Source: Clostridia bacterium (GTDB taxonomy: Bacteria; Bacillota; Clostridia; RGIG6154). From it: a stretch of DNA of 64,000 bases. Made by a program: the position numbers and the translations under genes. Below are positions 22,510 through 31,827 of the stretch, piece by piece. Numbering within the stretch: the first letter of the stretch is position 1; each line of letters starts with the position of its first letter. The notes beneath the pieces were generated by a model. That model searched no databases, had not been told where the DNA came from, and saw nothing but the letters and a program-made list of their open reading frames with translations. The stretch is taken from assembly GCA_045589295.1 (NCBI GenBank), contig JAZNOU010000007.1, positions 81,393-145,392 on the forward strand. Reading direction: 5' to 3'.

Positions 22510-23439
22510 ATGAACGTTAAAAAAATGACCGATATTTTTAACCTAGCTTTTTGCTTGGTTGCCGTTTTATTTTTATTTATGTACCCATCTTACTGTATTG
22601 ATTCTGCAAAAGATGGTGTTACTACAGCACTTTATATTGTTTTACCATCACTTTTCCCTTTTATGGTGCTATCAAAATATATAATAAACAACAACATTCA
22701 CATCAAAGTATCAAAAATTATTGGCAAACCATTTGAAAAGATGTTTGGCATCAGTAAAAATTATGCAGTATTATTTGTATTAGGCTGTATCGGTGGATAT
22801 CCAATTGGTGCAATATCAATAAGCCAACTTCTAAAAAAAAGAGAAATCACTATAAAGGATGCTGAAATTTTAATAGGATTTTGCAACAATTGCGGTCCGA
22901 TGTTTGTAATTGGCACTGTTGGAACATTAATGTTGCAAAACACTCTATACGGATATATTTTATATGCTATTCATTTAATAAGTGTAATGTTATGCGGGAT
23001 AATTATGTGCAGATTTTTTAAACCCGCAAAAATATCTGTGCCTGTAAAAAGCTCTATACATCAAAACTCAATAAGTTCTGTAGTTTCATCCGCAAATTCA
23101 ATGCTCAACATTGCAAGCTACATAATAATCTTTTCTGTAATTTCAAAATTTGTCACTGTATCCTTAAAAAAAGAAAATGTTGTAACAACAATTGTTCTAT
23201 GTGTACTTGAAATAACAACAGGGATTAAAAATATTTCTACAACATTTTTAAATGATGTTTTAAAACTTTCAATAATTTCTGCTTCTCTTGGATTTTCAGG
23301 ATTTTGCGTACTCTCGCAGTGTAAGTCAGTTTTTGACGAACAACAAATTTCTTTCTTTAAGTATATTATTTCAAAAACCATTATTGCAGCACTTTCTTTT
23401 GTCATTTCATTTATAACTTTTAGCATAATTTTACCATAG
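22510..23439 (+). CDS. ylbJ: sporulation integral membrane protein YlbJ-like
   Basis: VLPSLFPF, GGYPIGA, FCNNCGP.F..GTVG, EITTG, GFSG..V..Q. Confidence 0.82.
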   Translation: MNVKKMTDIFNLAFCLVAVLFLFMYPSYCIDSAKDGVTTALYIVLPSLFPFMVLSKYIINNNIHIKVSKIIGKPFEKMFGISKNYAVLFVLGCIGGYPIGAISISQLLKKREITIKDAEILIGFCNNCGPMFVIGTVGTLMLQNTLYGYILYAIHLISVMLCGIIMCRFFKPAKISVPVKSSIHQNSISSVVSSANSMLNIASYIIIFSVISKFVTVSLKKENVVTTIVLCVLEITTGIKNISTTFLNDVLKLSIISASLGFSGFCVLSQCKSVFDEQQISFFKYIISKTIIAALSFVISFITFSIILP

Positions 23440-23468
23440 TAATATCTAATCACCAGGGAAAGTTAGTA

Positions 23469-24230
23469 TTGGTGATTATTTTGACAGTTTTTATGCTAGC
23501 CACTGGTAGTTTTTTACTGATTTTTAGCTATATATATTCCTCTGTCTTTGCAAGATTGGGTTGCGACAACATAGACTTAACTAATTATGAAAACTCAAAA
23601 TTTATCTATAACTATTCCGGAATAAAGCTATGCGCAGATTTTGAACTTAAAAATAGCACACGTGCTATTGCGGTATTTTACGTTGGACATGACAATATAA
23701 ACATTGATTATTTTAAAAAATTTTATAGCGAAAAAAATATTTCTATAGTAACAATTTATGCAAGCGGTTGCGGAAAAAGCGGAGGAAAAAGAAGGCAAAC
23801 CGAAGAAGTTTTGAAATCTGACCTTAACTTATGGCTTGACTATTTAAAAACTATAATTGGTACAAACTGCAAAGTAATACTTCATGGATTTGCAGATACC
23901 GCTTTAAGTACATTTTTGTGTGCTTCGAATAACACCTATGGTATTGTTTTGGATAGTACGCATATTTACCCGCCATATCTTTTTAAAAACATAAAATGCA
24001 AATTGCTTAATATTTTTTTAAAAAGAAAGTACCGAGTTAAAATCTCCGGTACTAAAAACATTGCCTTTATATGTTCACCTGAAAATCTTTCAAGAGATTC
24101 TTATAAAATATATGAACATTGCTATGGCGACAAAACTCTTTATATTTATGAAAAATTAGATTATGACAATTTTTCAAAAAAACTAGACACTTTTATCACA
24201 CGCTTAAAACTACCTGAAGAATTAACATAA
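23469..24230 (+). CDS. membrane-anchored alpha/beta-hydrolase-like protein, apparently degenerate
   Basis: N-terminal TM helix, GCGKSGG, DL..WLDYL and VILHG pattern of YqkD-type hydrolases, but no G-x-S-x-G. Start codon uncertain. Confidence 0.55.
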   Translation: MVIILTVFMLATGSFLLIFSYIYSSVFARLGCDNIDLTNYENSKFIYNYSGIKLCADFELKNSTRAIAVFYVGHDNINIDYFKKFYSEKNISIVTIYASGCGKSGGKRRQTEEVLKSDLNLWLDYLKTIIGTNCKVILHGFADTALSTFLCASNNTYGIVLDSTHIYPPYLFKNIKCKLLNIFLKRKYRVKISGTKNIAFICSPENLSRDSYKIYEHCYGDKTLYIYEKLDYDNFSKKLDTFITRLKLPEELT

Positions 24231-24471
24231 GCGTCACACCGGGAATTCCTAAAATTCCCGCTATAATTGCTGTTGCAAGATTTACACCTATTTGTATATT
24301 AACTATACTGCCAACAACATTTATAAAAAGCAAAAAAACTCCTCCTGCTATTGCATTACCCAAAAGTTTAAATGCAATTTTTAAAGGCGCATAGAATATT
24401 CTAATCAAAAAGAACAACAAAACAAGTCCTATAACATATGCTATAATTAAGTTGTCACCCAAAAACTCCAT
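24196..24471 (-). CDS. bofA: pro-sigmaK processing inhibitor BofA
   Basis: Small 3-TM protein with N...G..L..IN and GVN....IAGILGIPG. Confidence 0.88.
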   Translation of the reverse strand: MEFLGDNLIIAYVIGLVLLFFLIRIFYAPLKIAFKLLGNAIAGGVFLLFINVVGSIVNIQIGVNLATAIIAGILGIPGVTLMLILQVVLSV

Positions 24472-24514
24472 AATCTCCCTCGCTTTCGCACACAGAAAAA
24501 CTTTAAGTCTTTAA

Positions 24515-24543
24515 ATAATATGTGGTTTGTCCGTTTTATATTC
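24515..24543 (-). promoter_or_regulatory. sigmaE-type promoter of bofA
   Basis: GAATA, 16 nt, CATATTAT. Confidence 0.65.
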
Positions 24544-24547
24544 AAAT

Positions 24548-24583
24548 AAAATAAAACCCACTCAAACGAGTGGGTTTTATTTT
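24548..24583 (-). terminator. intrinsic terminator after the SLH protein gene
   Basis: ATAAAACCCACTC-aaac-GAGTGGGTTTTAT. Confidence 0.85.
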
Positions 24584-27500
24584 TTAATTAGAAGATGCAC
24601 AAATCTGATAGTACGCCCAATGATCTTTTGGAACGTCTGGGAATGTGCATACATTATCTGTTGCAACTTCTTTTTTCAAAACTCTGTTTAAGATAGTAAC
24701 AGCTTCAGCTCTGTTGATAACTGCATCAGGCCTGAAATTACCATCTTCATAGCCCATTATCCAACCATTTTTATATGCAGTTGCAATATTTTCGAACGCC
24801 CAGTGCGAATCATTAACATCACCAAACGTTTGTTCTGGCTGAGTGTTTGTAACCATTCTTGAAAGAATAGCAGCAAACTCAGCTCTTGTAACCGCTTTTG
24901 TTGGACGGAATGTCCCATCATCATATCCTTTGATTATTCCTTTTGACGCAAGCGTTCTAACTTGCGTGCTGTACCACTCATCATGTGGAATATCAACAAA
25001 ACTTGTTTCATTTTCATAAGCGATATCTATAAGCAAGCGATAAATCATAACAGAAACCTCTGCCCTTGTAACACTATTAGCAGGATTAAAGTTACCTTTG
25101 TCATCACCTTTGATAAACTGAATAGAAGGATCAGTATTTAGTACTTTTGCTATTTCAAAATTGGGTTCAGGCTCGGGGATTTGTTCTTTTTCCTCGTCTT
25201 TTTCCTGTTGCTTTTCTTCTTCAGTTTTTTCTTCCCATGCAGCATATAGAGTCATACCAGCTTTTAAAACACTGTCAAAATTGTATTTATTTCTCAGCGC
25301 TTTATCTATATACCAGCCAGTAAACTTATATCCTTCCTTTACAGGGTCAGCAGGAGCAGAAATTTTACCGCCAAGTTCAGCTTTTATATTATCAACCTTA
25401 CTTCCTCCATTTGAGTCAAATTTAACGGTTAACTGAACAGGACCGCCGCCACCGCCTCCGCCACCGCCGGCTCCTCCACCGCCGCCTGAAACATTCCATC
25501 CGGCATAAAGAGTAATATCTGCGGTAACGATAGAATTTGCATCAATTTTTGTACCTTGTTTTCCTGCTGATGTATACCAGGCATCAAATGTATGCCCTGT
25601 CTTTGAGAATGTTGAAACTGCAGGTAAAACATATGTTTGGCCATAAGCAACTGTTTTGCTTGCAACCCCCACTACTGTTGCATCCTGATAATCAAATGTT
25701 ACTGTATAACTCCTCAAACTTTGACTAAACTGTGGATATATCTCAAGATTCATAATAACATTGTTAAATATCTTATCCCAACCTGTAAACGTAAAATGGT
25801 ACTGCTCAGTTGATTCTTTAGTTGGAGGCTGTGGCAAACTTGCACTGCCCTGATATTTTATAGACTGCGTGTCAAGAACTTCTCCCGCTGCATTATAGAA
25901 TTTAACAACATACAAATTTCTATTAAAATATACCTTTAATTCAGTAGTTTCATCTATTGCCACCAATGCAGAAAGCAAGTTGTCTGCATTTTGAGTATCA
26001 AACGAAAAGCCCTGATAATTTTTAATCGGAGCACTAACCTCACTGCCAGCAACAGCATATTCTGTAATAGTTTCTGCCCACGAATATGTTCCATCTAAAT
26101 TTTCTTTGTAATAACTTACCTTGTAAGAAGGCTTTTCCCAATACGCATAAATTGAAATATCATCTATAACAAGATCACTTGATGAAATTGGTAGTCCTTC
26201 GCCGTTTGGTTCTGTAAACCAACCCCTAAAAATATATCCTGTTTTTTCAAACGTTGCTCTGTCAGGGATAATTACATTAGCACCGTATTCTAAAGTGTTG
26301 CTGTATACATCACTATACACAATCGCTCCCTGATAATCGTAAGTAATTTCATAACTACGTACTGTTCGATTAAACAAAGGATAAATATCAAGATTTTGAG
26401 TTACATTTGTAAACGCTTTATCCCAACCTGTAAATGTATAATAATATTGCGGTGTTGATGCCTTAAAAGGTGATGTTGGTTCTGATGCATCCCCCTCAAA
26501 TCTAACAAGCTGAGTATCATAAACATTTCCAAGGCCTTCCGTGTCATCATAGAATTTTACGATAAACTCATCACGTTCATAATAAACTCTTAAAACAGTT
26601 GTTCCGTCTGATGCAACTTCATCGGACATAAAACTTAAGTTGTAATCAACTTTAAATCCTATATAATTGTACGGAATAACAGAAACAGTTTCTCCTGCGT
26701 CTGCATCATATGTCTCGGTTATATCAGGTGTATTTGAATATACACCATAAACGTCCTGTTTATAATGTTCAACAGTATAAAGCGGTCTTTGTGACCAATA
26801 AGCATACAGAACTATATCAGAACTAACTGTAATGGCAGTGGCTCTGTCACCCGCCCCGTACGGTTCAGTAAACCAACCAACAAATGTATATCCGTCTCTG
26901 CTGAAAGTGCTCTCATTTGGAACAATAATATTTGCCTCATATTTGGCACTTGAATACACCATTCCAGAAACAGTAGCATCCTGATAATCAAATACTATAT
27001 TATAAATTTTTCTGTTATAATGCGCTTTAAGCTGGGTACTACCATCTGCTTTGACTACATCTGAAAGAATGTTTTCAGAATTTATGCTATCTAATTCAAA
27101 ACCTTCGTAAAATTTAGACGGTGCTGTAACTGTACTTCCTTCCAAACCGCTCAATGTTTCTAATTCAGCAAGTGTGTATGTACCATCTAAGTTTTCTTTG
27201 TAGTAACTTACCTTGTAAGAAGGTTTTTCCCAATACGCATAAATTGTCATTTCTCCCGTTACTACATTGCTTGTTGTAATTTCTGTTCCCTCACCATTTG
27301 GCATTGTAAACCAACCTTTGAAAATATGTCCTGTTTTTTCAAAAGTCTGTTCTTCGGGTAAAACAACATTTGAACCGTATTCAATTGTATTGCTTGCTAC
27401 TCCTACACTTGTTGCTCCTTGATAGTTATATGTTATTGTGTATTTTCTTAAACTTTGGCTATACTGCGGATAAACATCAAGGTTTTGCACTACATTTGTA

Positions 27501-29506
27501 AATTCTTTATCCCAACCTGTAAATGTATAGTCATACTGCTCAGTTGAGGCTTTTGATGGTGCTTGAGGCTGAATTGCACTGCCCTGGTATTTTACAGTTT
27601 GTGTATTATGCACTCCACCTTCTGCATCGTAAAATTTTACTGTATAAAGTTTTCGTGAGTAATACAGTTTTAATGTATTTTCACTCCCTGCTGCACCTTG
27701 GTATGATGGCACTCTGTCTGCATGTGAAGTATTTTCTACAAAACCTTCATACGTTAAAGGTGTTGCTGTTGCCGTCTGTGAAGATTCAAGATAAAACTGT
27801 GTTGTTGCGGATTCATCCAAATAATATGTTCCGTCAAGATTTTCTTTGTAGTGGTTAACAATATATTTCGGCTGTGAAACCCATTTTGCATATATTGTTA
27901 CTGTACCTTGAACTGTATCATTTGTTTTAACTTTATCACTTTCGTCAAAAACATCTGAATAATACCATCCGGCAAATTCAAAATTTGTCTTTTCAAATGT
28001 ATTTTCGTCCGGGAGAACAATTTTTTCACCATACTCAACTACATTGCTTGCGATTCCGACAGTTGTTGCACCCTGATAATCGTAAGTTACGGTGTAGCTT
28101 CTTAAAGTTTGACTATACTGTGGATAAATATCAAGATTTTGTACTACATTTGCAAATTCTTTATCCCAACCTGTAAATGTATAGTCATACTGCTCAGTTG
28201 AGGCTTTTGATGGTGCTTGAGGCTGAATTGCACTGCCCTGGTATTTTACAGATTGTGTATCAAGAACTTCTCCTGTTGCATTATAGAATTTTACTGTATA
28301 AATATTTCTGTCGTAACGTAATTCCAATACAGTTGAATTATCGGCCAAGACATTTCCCGATGTAATACTTTCAGCTTGATTAAACGTAAAACCCTCGTAT
28401 GTATTGGGAATAGCAGTTACATATTTATTTTCATCTGAATATTCTATCTTTTTATCCAAAATTTGTTCTGAGTATGTACCATCTAAATTTTCAAGATAAT
28501 GTTTAACTGAATATGTTGGTTTTTCAACCCAATAAGCGTATATTTCTAAATTATTGTCGACAACCGTATCAGAAGTGATCTTTTCACCTTGCCCGTTTGG
28601 TTGTGTATACCAACCTTTAAAAGTATAGTTAGTTTTACTGAAAGTTGTTTCATCTGGAACAGGGACTACACTTCCGTATTTTGCAGTATTGCTTGAAATA
28701 CCAAACTGGGTTGCTTCCCCGTAATTGTAGATAACATTATAAGTTCTAAGCTTATAATAACACTTAAGAACTAAACTTCCGTCCATTTCAACTATGCCGG
28801 TTCTAATATTTCCGGCGGATGAATCATACAAATGACTATCAAAATTCTTTCGTGTAGCCGAAACAGAACTTCCTACCGGCGCAAAATATGTTTCAGAAAC
28901 GATTTCATATTCACCGTTTAAAAGTTCTTTATAGTGTTCAACAGTATATATTCCATCCGCATTTATAATATTAAAATCTAGCGGTGCATATCCATCTTCA
29001 TTGGCATCTAAGTCAGAGGGATCATATGTAAAAAGCTCAATTACTTCAAATTCACACGCAAAAAATCTTGCATCCGCATCCAAGACTTCAAAATCTATAC
29101 TAAAAATATCACCAGTTGCTGCCAAATTCATATTATACATATTAGTTACACCAACTGCAGTAATATAATCAAGGTTAGAAATGTCCTGACTTCCCAAGCC
29201 ATCAGAATTACTTACAATGTCATCCATATAGCTGTCATACAATTTTTTGTCAACAACAGCAGAGTAAGATGATTCATTGTAAATGGGTCTGAATTTTGAT
29301 TTATCATATTTTAACGCCACAACATAAGAAGCCAGTCCAGGATTATCCTCTATTGAAACAGTTGCTGTAACCTTATTGCTTATAAATTCACTTGTTGTTA
29401 CTTTAAATTCAAGGGTACCCTCCGCACTAACCGAAATAGAAAATGCTAAGCACATCGTAAATATTGCAATTAATGTTATAACTATGCCGGTTGCCCTTTT
29501 AATCAT
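24584..29506 (-). CDS. large secreted surface protein: signal peptide, cohesin-like domain, repeated InlB B-repeat (Flg_new)/MucBP-like modules, poly-Gly linker, three SLH domains
   Basis: Signal peptide ending SVSA-E; NPGLASY..LKYD cohesin-like pattern; repeated F.GW(Y/F)T...YAYW and Y.V.HY.ENLDGTY units; C-terminal GY.DG.FRP...TRAE SLH repeats. Confidence 0.88.
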   Translation of the reverse strand: MIKRATGIVITLIAIFTMCLAFSISVSAEGTLEFKVTTSEFISNKVTATVSIEDNPGLASYVVALKYDKSKFRPIYNESSYSAVVDKKLYDSYMDDIVSNSDGLGSQDISNLDYITAVGVTNMYNMNLAATGDIFSIDFEVLDADARFFACEFEVIELFTYDPSDLDANEDGYAPLDFNIINADGIYTVEHYKELLNGEYEIVSETYFAPVGSSVSATRKNFDSHLYDSSAGNIRTGIVEMDGSLVLKCYYKLRTYNVIYNYGEATQFGISSNTAKYGSVVPVPDETTFSKTNYTFKGWYTQPNGQGEKITSDTVVDNNLEIYAYWVEKPTYSVKHYLENLDGTYSEQILDKKIEYSDENKYVTAIPNTYEGFTFNQAESITSGNVLADNSTVLELRYDRNIYTVKFYNATGEVLDTQSVKYQGSAIQPQAPSKASTEQYDYTFTGWDKEFANVVQNLDIYPQYSQTLRSYTVTYDYQGATTVGIASNVVEYGEKIVLPDENTFEKTNFEFAGWYYSDVFDESDKVKTNDTVQGTVTIYAKWVSQPKYIVNHYKENLDGTYYLDESATTQFYLESSQTATATPLTYEGFVENTSHADRVPSYQGAAGSENTLKLYYSRKLYTVKFYDAEGGVHNTQTVKYQGSAIQPQAPSKASTEQYDYTFTGWDKEFTNVVQNLDVYPQYSQSLRKYTITYNYQGATSVGVASNTIEYGSNVVLPEEQTFEKTGHIFKGWFTMPNGEGTEITTSNVVTGEMTIYAYWEKPSYKVSYYKENLDGTYTLAELETLSGLEGSTVTAPSKFYEGFELDSINSENILSDVVKADGSTQLKAHYNRKIYNIVFDYQDATVSGMVYSSAKYEANIIVPNESTFSRDGYTFVGWFTEPYGAGDRATAITVSSDIVLYAYWSQRPLYTVEHYKQDVYGVYSNTPDITETYDADAGETVSVIPYNYIGFKVDYNLSFMSDEVASDGTTVLRVYYERDEFIVKFYDDTEGLGNVYDTQLVRFEGDASEPTSPFKASTPQYYYTFTGWDKAFTNVTQNLDIYPLFNRTVRSYEITYDYQGAIVYSDVYSNTLEYGANVIIPDRATFEKTGYIFRGWFTEPNGEGLPISSSDLVIDDISIYAYWEKPSYKVSYYKENLDGTYSWAETITEYAVAGSEVSAPIKNYQGFSFDTQNADNLLSALVAIDETTELKVYFNRNLYVVKFYNAAGEVLDTQSIKYQGSASLPQPPTKESTEQYHFTFTGWDKIFNNVIMNLEIYPQFSQSLRSYTVTFDYQDATVVGVASKTVAYGQTYVLPAVSTFSKTGHTFDAWYTSAGKQGTKIDANSIVTADITLYAGWNVSGGGGGAGGGGGGGGGPVQLTVKFDSNGGSKVDNIKAELGGKISAPADPVKEGYKFTGWYIDKALRNKYNFDSVLKAGMTLYAAWEEKTEEEKQQEKDEEKEQIPEPEPNFEIAKVLNTDPSIQFIKGDDKGNFNPANSVTRAEVSVMIYRLLIDIAYENETSFVDIPHDEWYSTQVRTLASKGIIKGYDDGTFRPTKAVTRAEFAAILSRMVTNTQPEQTFGDVNDSHWAFENIATAYKNGWIMGYEDGNFRPDAVINRAEAVTILNRVLKKEVATDNVCTFPDVPKDHWAYYQICASSN
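27500..27597. repeat. 98-bp exact intragenic direct repeat, copy 1 (copy 2 at 28154-28251)
   Basis: Base-by-base identical to 28154-28251; the 654-nt offset (218 codons) keeps the frame. Confidence 0.9.
28154..28251. repeat. 98-bp exact intragenic direct repeat, copy 2
   Basis: Identical to 27500-27597. Confidence 0.9.
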
Positions 29507-29591
29507 ATATACACATCCATTCTCAATCTAAAATTCTGCAAACCTACCTATTAAATATTATACTTGTTGGAAAATTGCTTGTCAATAATTT

Positions 29592-31406
29592 TCACTCAAA
29601 AAAAGACATAAGTTTAATGTGTTTAACTATCTTTTCTGCCTCTTTTTTTGATATACCTTTAATTTGAGATATATCATTTGCTGTAGCACTTTTAATATTT
29701 TCCAACGTCTTAAATTTAGACATTAGCGCTATATATCGCTTTTTCCCTATTCCAGGGATTTTCATAAGTTCGCTTTCGGTGTTTTTCTTTTTTCTTAAAA
29801 GTCTGTGATAAGATATTGCAACCCTATGCATTTCATCCTGAATTTCTGTTGCAAGTTTAAAACATTTAGTGCCAACCGGAATATTAAACTCTTTATTTTC
29901 CGATACAATATCGCGCGTTTTGTGTTTATCATCTTTTATTATTCCAAGCACTGTAATATCAACACCAATTTCATTTAAAGCAGCTCTTGCAGCATTAATC
30001 TGCCCCTTTCCACCATCGACAAAAACGATATCAGGTTTCTTATCAAAGCTTTCATCCTTTTTATCATGAGTAAACCTACGTGTAATTACCTCTCTCATTG
30101 CTCCGTAATCATCTTGTCTACTCAAAGAATGAATTTTAAACTTTCTGTACTGTTTTTTGCACGGCAACCCATTTTCAAACACAACCATTGAAGCTACCGT
30201 TTCACTGCCTGCGATATTAGAAATGTCGTACGCTTCTATCCTGAAAGGAATTTCACTTAAGCCTAAATAATATTTAAATTGTTCCAATGCTTCGTTATTA
30301 TCAGAAGTTTTTTTAGTCAATTTTTTGTTATCAATAGCCTCAAGTGCATTTTTACGTGCCATTTCCATAAGTTTCAAATTATCGCCTTTTAAAGGTTTTT
30401 TAAGTACAACCTTACTTCTATTAAGATTGGACAAAAACTCAGTTATTTCTGCTTGATTTTCAGGCAAATCTGAAAGAAAAATATTTTTGGCAGGTTTAAA
30501 ATCAGAATAATATTGCATCAAAAAAGCTTCAATAATATTGCCATTATCATCCTCGATACTGTTGTTCATAAAAAATGTTTTCTTATCAATTAGTTTACCT
30601 TTTTTTATATGCAAAAGTTGCACACATACATCATTATTGCTTTTTAAAAGGCACAAAATATCTTTATCTTTATCATCGACTGAAACTGTAAGCTGGCTTT
30701 CATACATTTTTTCTATACCGTTTATTCTGTCACGAAATACTGCCGCATCCTCAAACCTGAATTCTTCGGCAGCTTTATTCATTTTATCAGTAAGTTCTCT
30801 TATCAAAGCCTGAGTATTACCCATTAAAACCTTTACTGCTTGTTTAACTTTTTCGGCATATTCTTCTTTCGTAATTTTACCACAACAAGGAGCATCACAC
30901 CTTTGTATGTGATGATTAAGGCACGGATTTTTCACCTTAGACAAATCGCCGCTACATTCTCTTATTTTAAAAATTTTATTTACAACTGATATAACTTTTT
31001 TTGCATGAAAAGAGCTAATAAAGGGGCCAAAATATGTTGAGTTCTTATTATCTTTACGTCGCGATAAAACTAGCCTGGGAAAGTCTTCGTGTGTTAGTTC
31101 AATAAACGGATAGCCTTTATCGTCTTTAAGCAAAATATTATACTTTGGTCTATATTTTTTTATAAGCGAGCATTCTAAATTAAGCGCTTCTGTTTCCGTA
31201 TTAGTAACTATATACTCCAAATTCGCGATTGCTGAAACCATAGCAAGAACTTTTGCTGTATGCGATGAGTTCTTTTTAAAATATTGAGTAACCCTGTTTT
31301 TAAGATTTTTTGCCTTTCCGACATAAATAATAGTATCATCAGCGGATTTCATAATATACACACCCGGATTTTCAGGTAGTGATTTTAAAAATTCGTCCGT
31401 AACCAT
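29592..31406 (-). CDS. uvrC: excinuclease ABC subunit C
   Basis: GIY-YIG domain (PGVYIM..IIYVGKAKNL), UVR, RIEAYDIS, VDGGKGQ, HhH. Confidence 0.98.
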   Translation of the reverse strand: MVTDEFLKSLPENPGVYIMKSADDTIIYVGKAKNLKNRVTQYFKKNSSHTAKVLAMVSAIANLEYIVTNTETEALNLECSLIKKYRPKYNILLKDDKGYPFIELTHEDFPRLVLSRRKDNKNSTYFGPFISSFHAKKVISVVNKIFKIRECSGDLSKVKNPCLNHHIQRCDAPCCGKITKEEYAEKVKQAVKVLMGNTQALIRELTDKMNKAAEEFRFEDAAVFRDRINGIEKMYESQLTVSVDDKDKDILCLLKSNNDVCVQLLHIKKGKLIDKKTFFMNNSIEDDNGNIIEAFLMQYYSDFKPAKNIFLSDLPENQAEITEFLSNLNRSKVVLKKPLKGDNLKLMEMARKNALEAIDNKKLTKKTSDNNEALEQFKYYLGLSEIPFRIEAYDISNIAGSETVASMVVFENGLPCKKQYRKFKIHSLSRQDDYGAMREVITRRFTHDKKDESFDKKPDIVFVDGGKGQINAARAALNEIGVDITVLGIIKDDKHKTRDIVSENKEFNIPVGTKCFKLATEIQDEMHRVAISYHRLLRKKKNTESELMKIPGIGKKRYIALMSKFKTLENIKSATANDISQIKGISKKEAEKIVKHIKLMSFFE

Positions 31407-31433
31407 ATTTCCCCTCCTTCTGCTTATATTAAA

Positions 31434-31458
31434 TTATGCCCGCTAATAGCGGGCATAA
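31434..31458 (-). terminator. hairpin terminator after ptsH
   Basis: TTATGCCCGCTA-a-TAGCGGGCATAA inverted repeat. Confidence 0.7.
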
Positions 31459-31468
31459 ACAAACTAAC

Positions 31469-31732
31469 TTATTCTGTAAAACCTGAATGAACCAAAGCAA
31501 CCATTGCCTGAACAGCTTCTGATTCATCAGAGCCGTCTGCGATTATGTTAATCTCCGTCCCCTGAAGCACACCAAGTGACAACACGCCAAGAAGACTCTT
31601 TGCGTTAACTCTGCGCTCGTTTTTCTCAATCCATACATTGCAATTATATTCATTAGCTTTCTGGATAAATGATGTGGCAGGTCTCGAATGAAGGCCCACT
31701 TTATTCTGAATAATTACGGTTTCGGAAATCAT
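31469..31732 (-). CDS. ptsH: phosphocarrier protein HPr
   Basis: GLHSRPA (His15) and NAKSLLG (Ser46). Confidence 0.95.
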   Translation of the reverse strand: MISETVIIQNKVGLHSRPATSFIQKANEYNCNVWIEKNERRVNAKSLLGVLSLGVLQGTEINIIADGSDESEAVQAMVALVHSGFTE

Positions 31733-31827
31733 CACAGTCCTCCTAAAACAAAATTGATGTCTAATACTATTATAATACTAAAAAAAGCCAAATAAGTCAA
31801 CAAAATATTGCAAAAAAATTTATTTTT

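Noticed and set aside
25440-25490. GC-rich patch as foreign DNA or RNA element
   Set aside because: It encodes the poly-glycine linker of the SLH protein.
25700-28300. Repeats in the SLH gene as a diversity-generating retroelement TR/VR pair or a CRISPR array
   Set aside because: The repeats are in-frame protein domain duplications, differences are not adenine-specific, there is no repeat-spacer periodicity, and no reverse transcriptase or cas gene is in the window.
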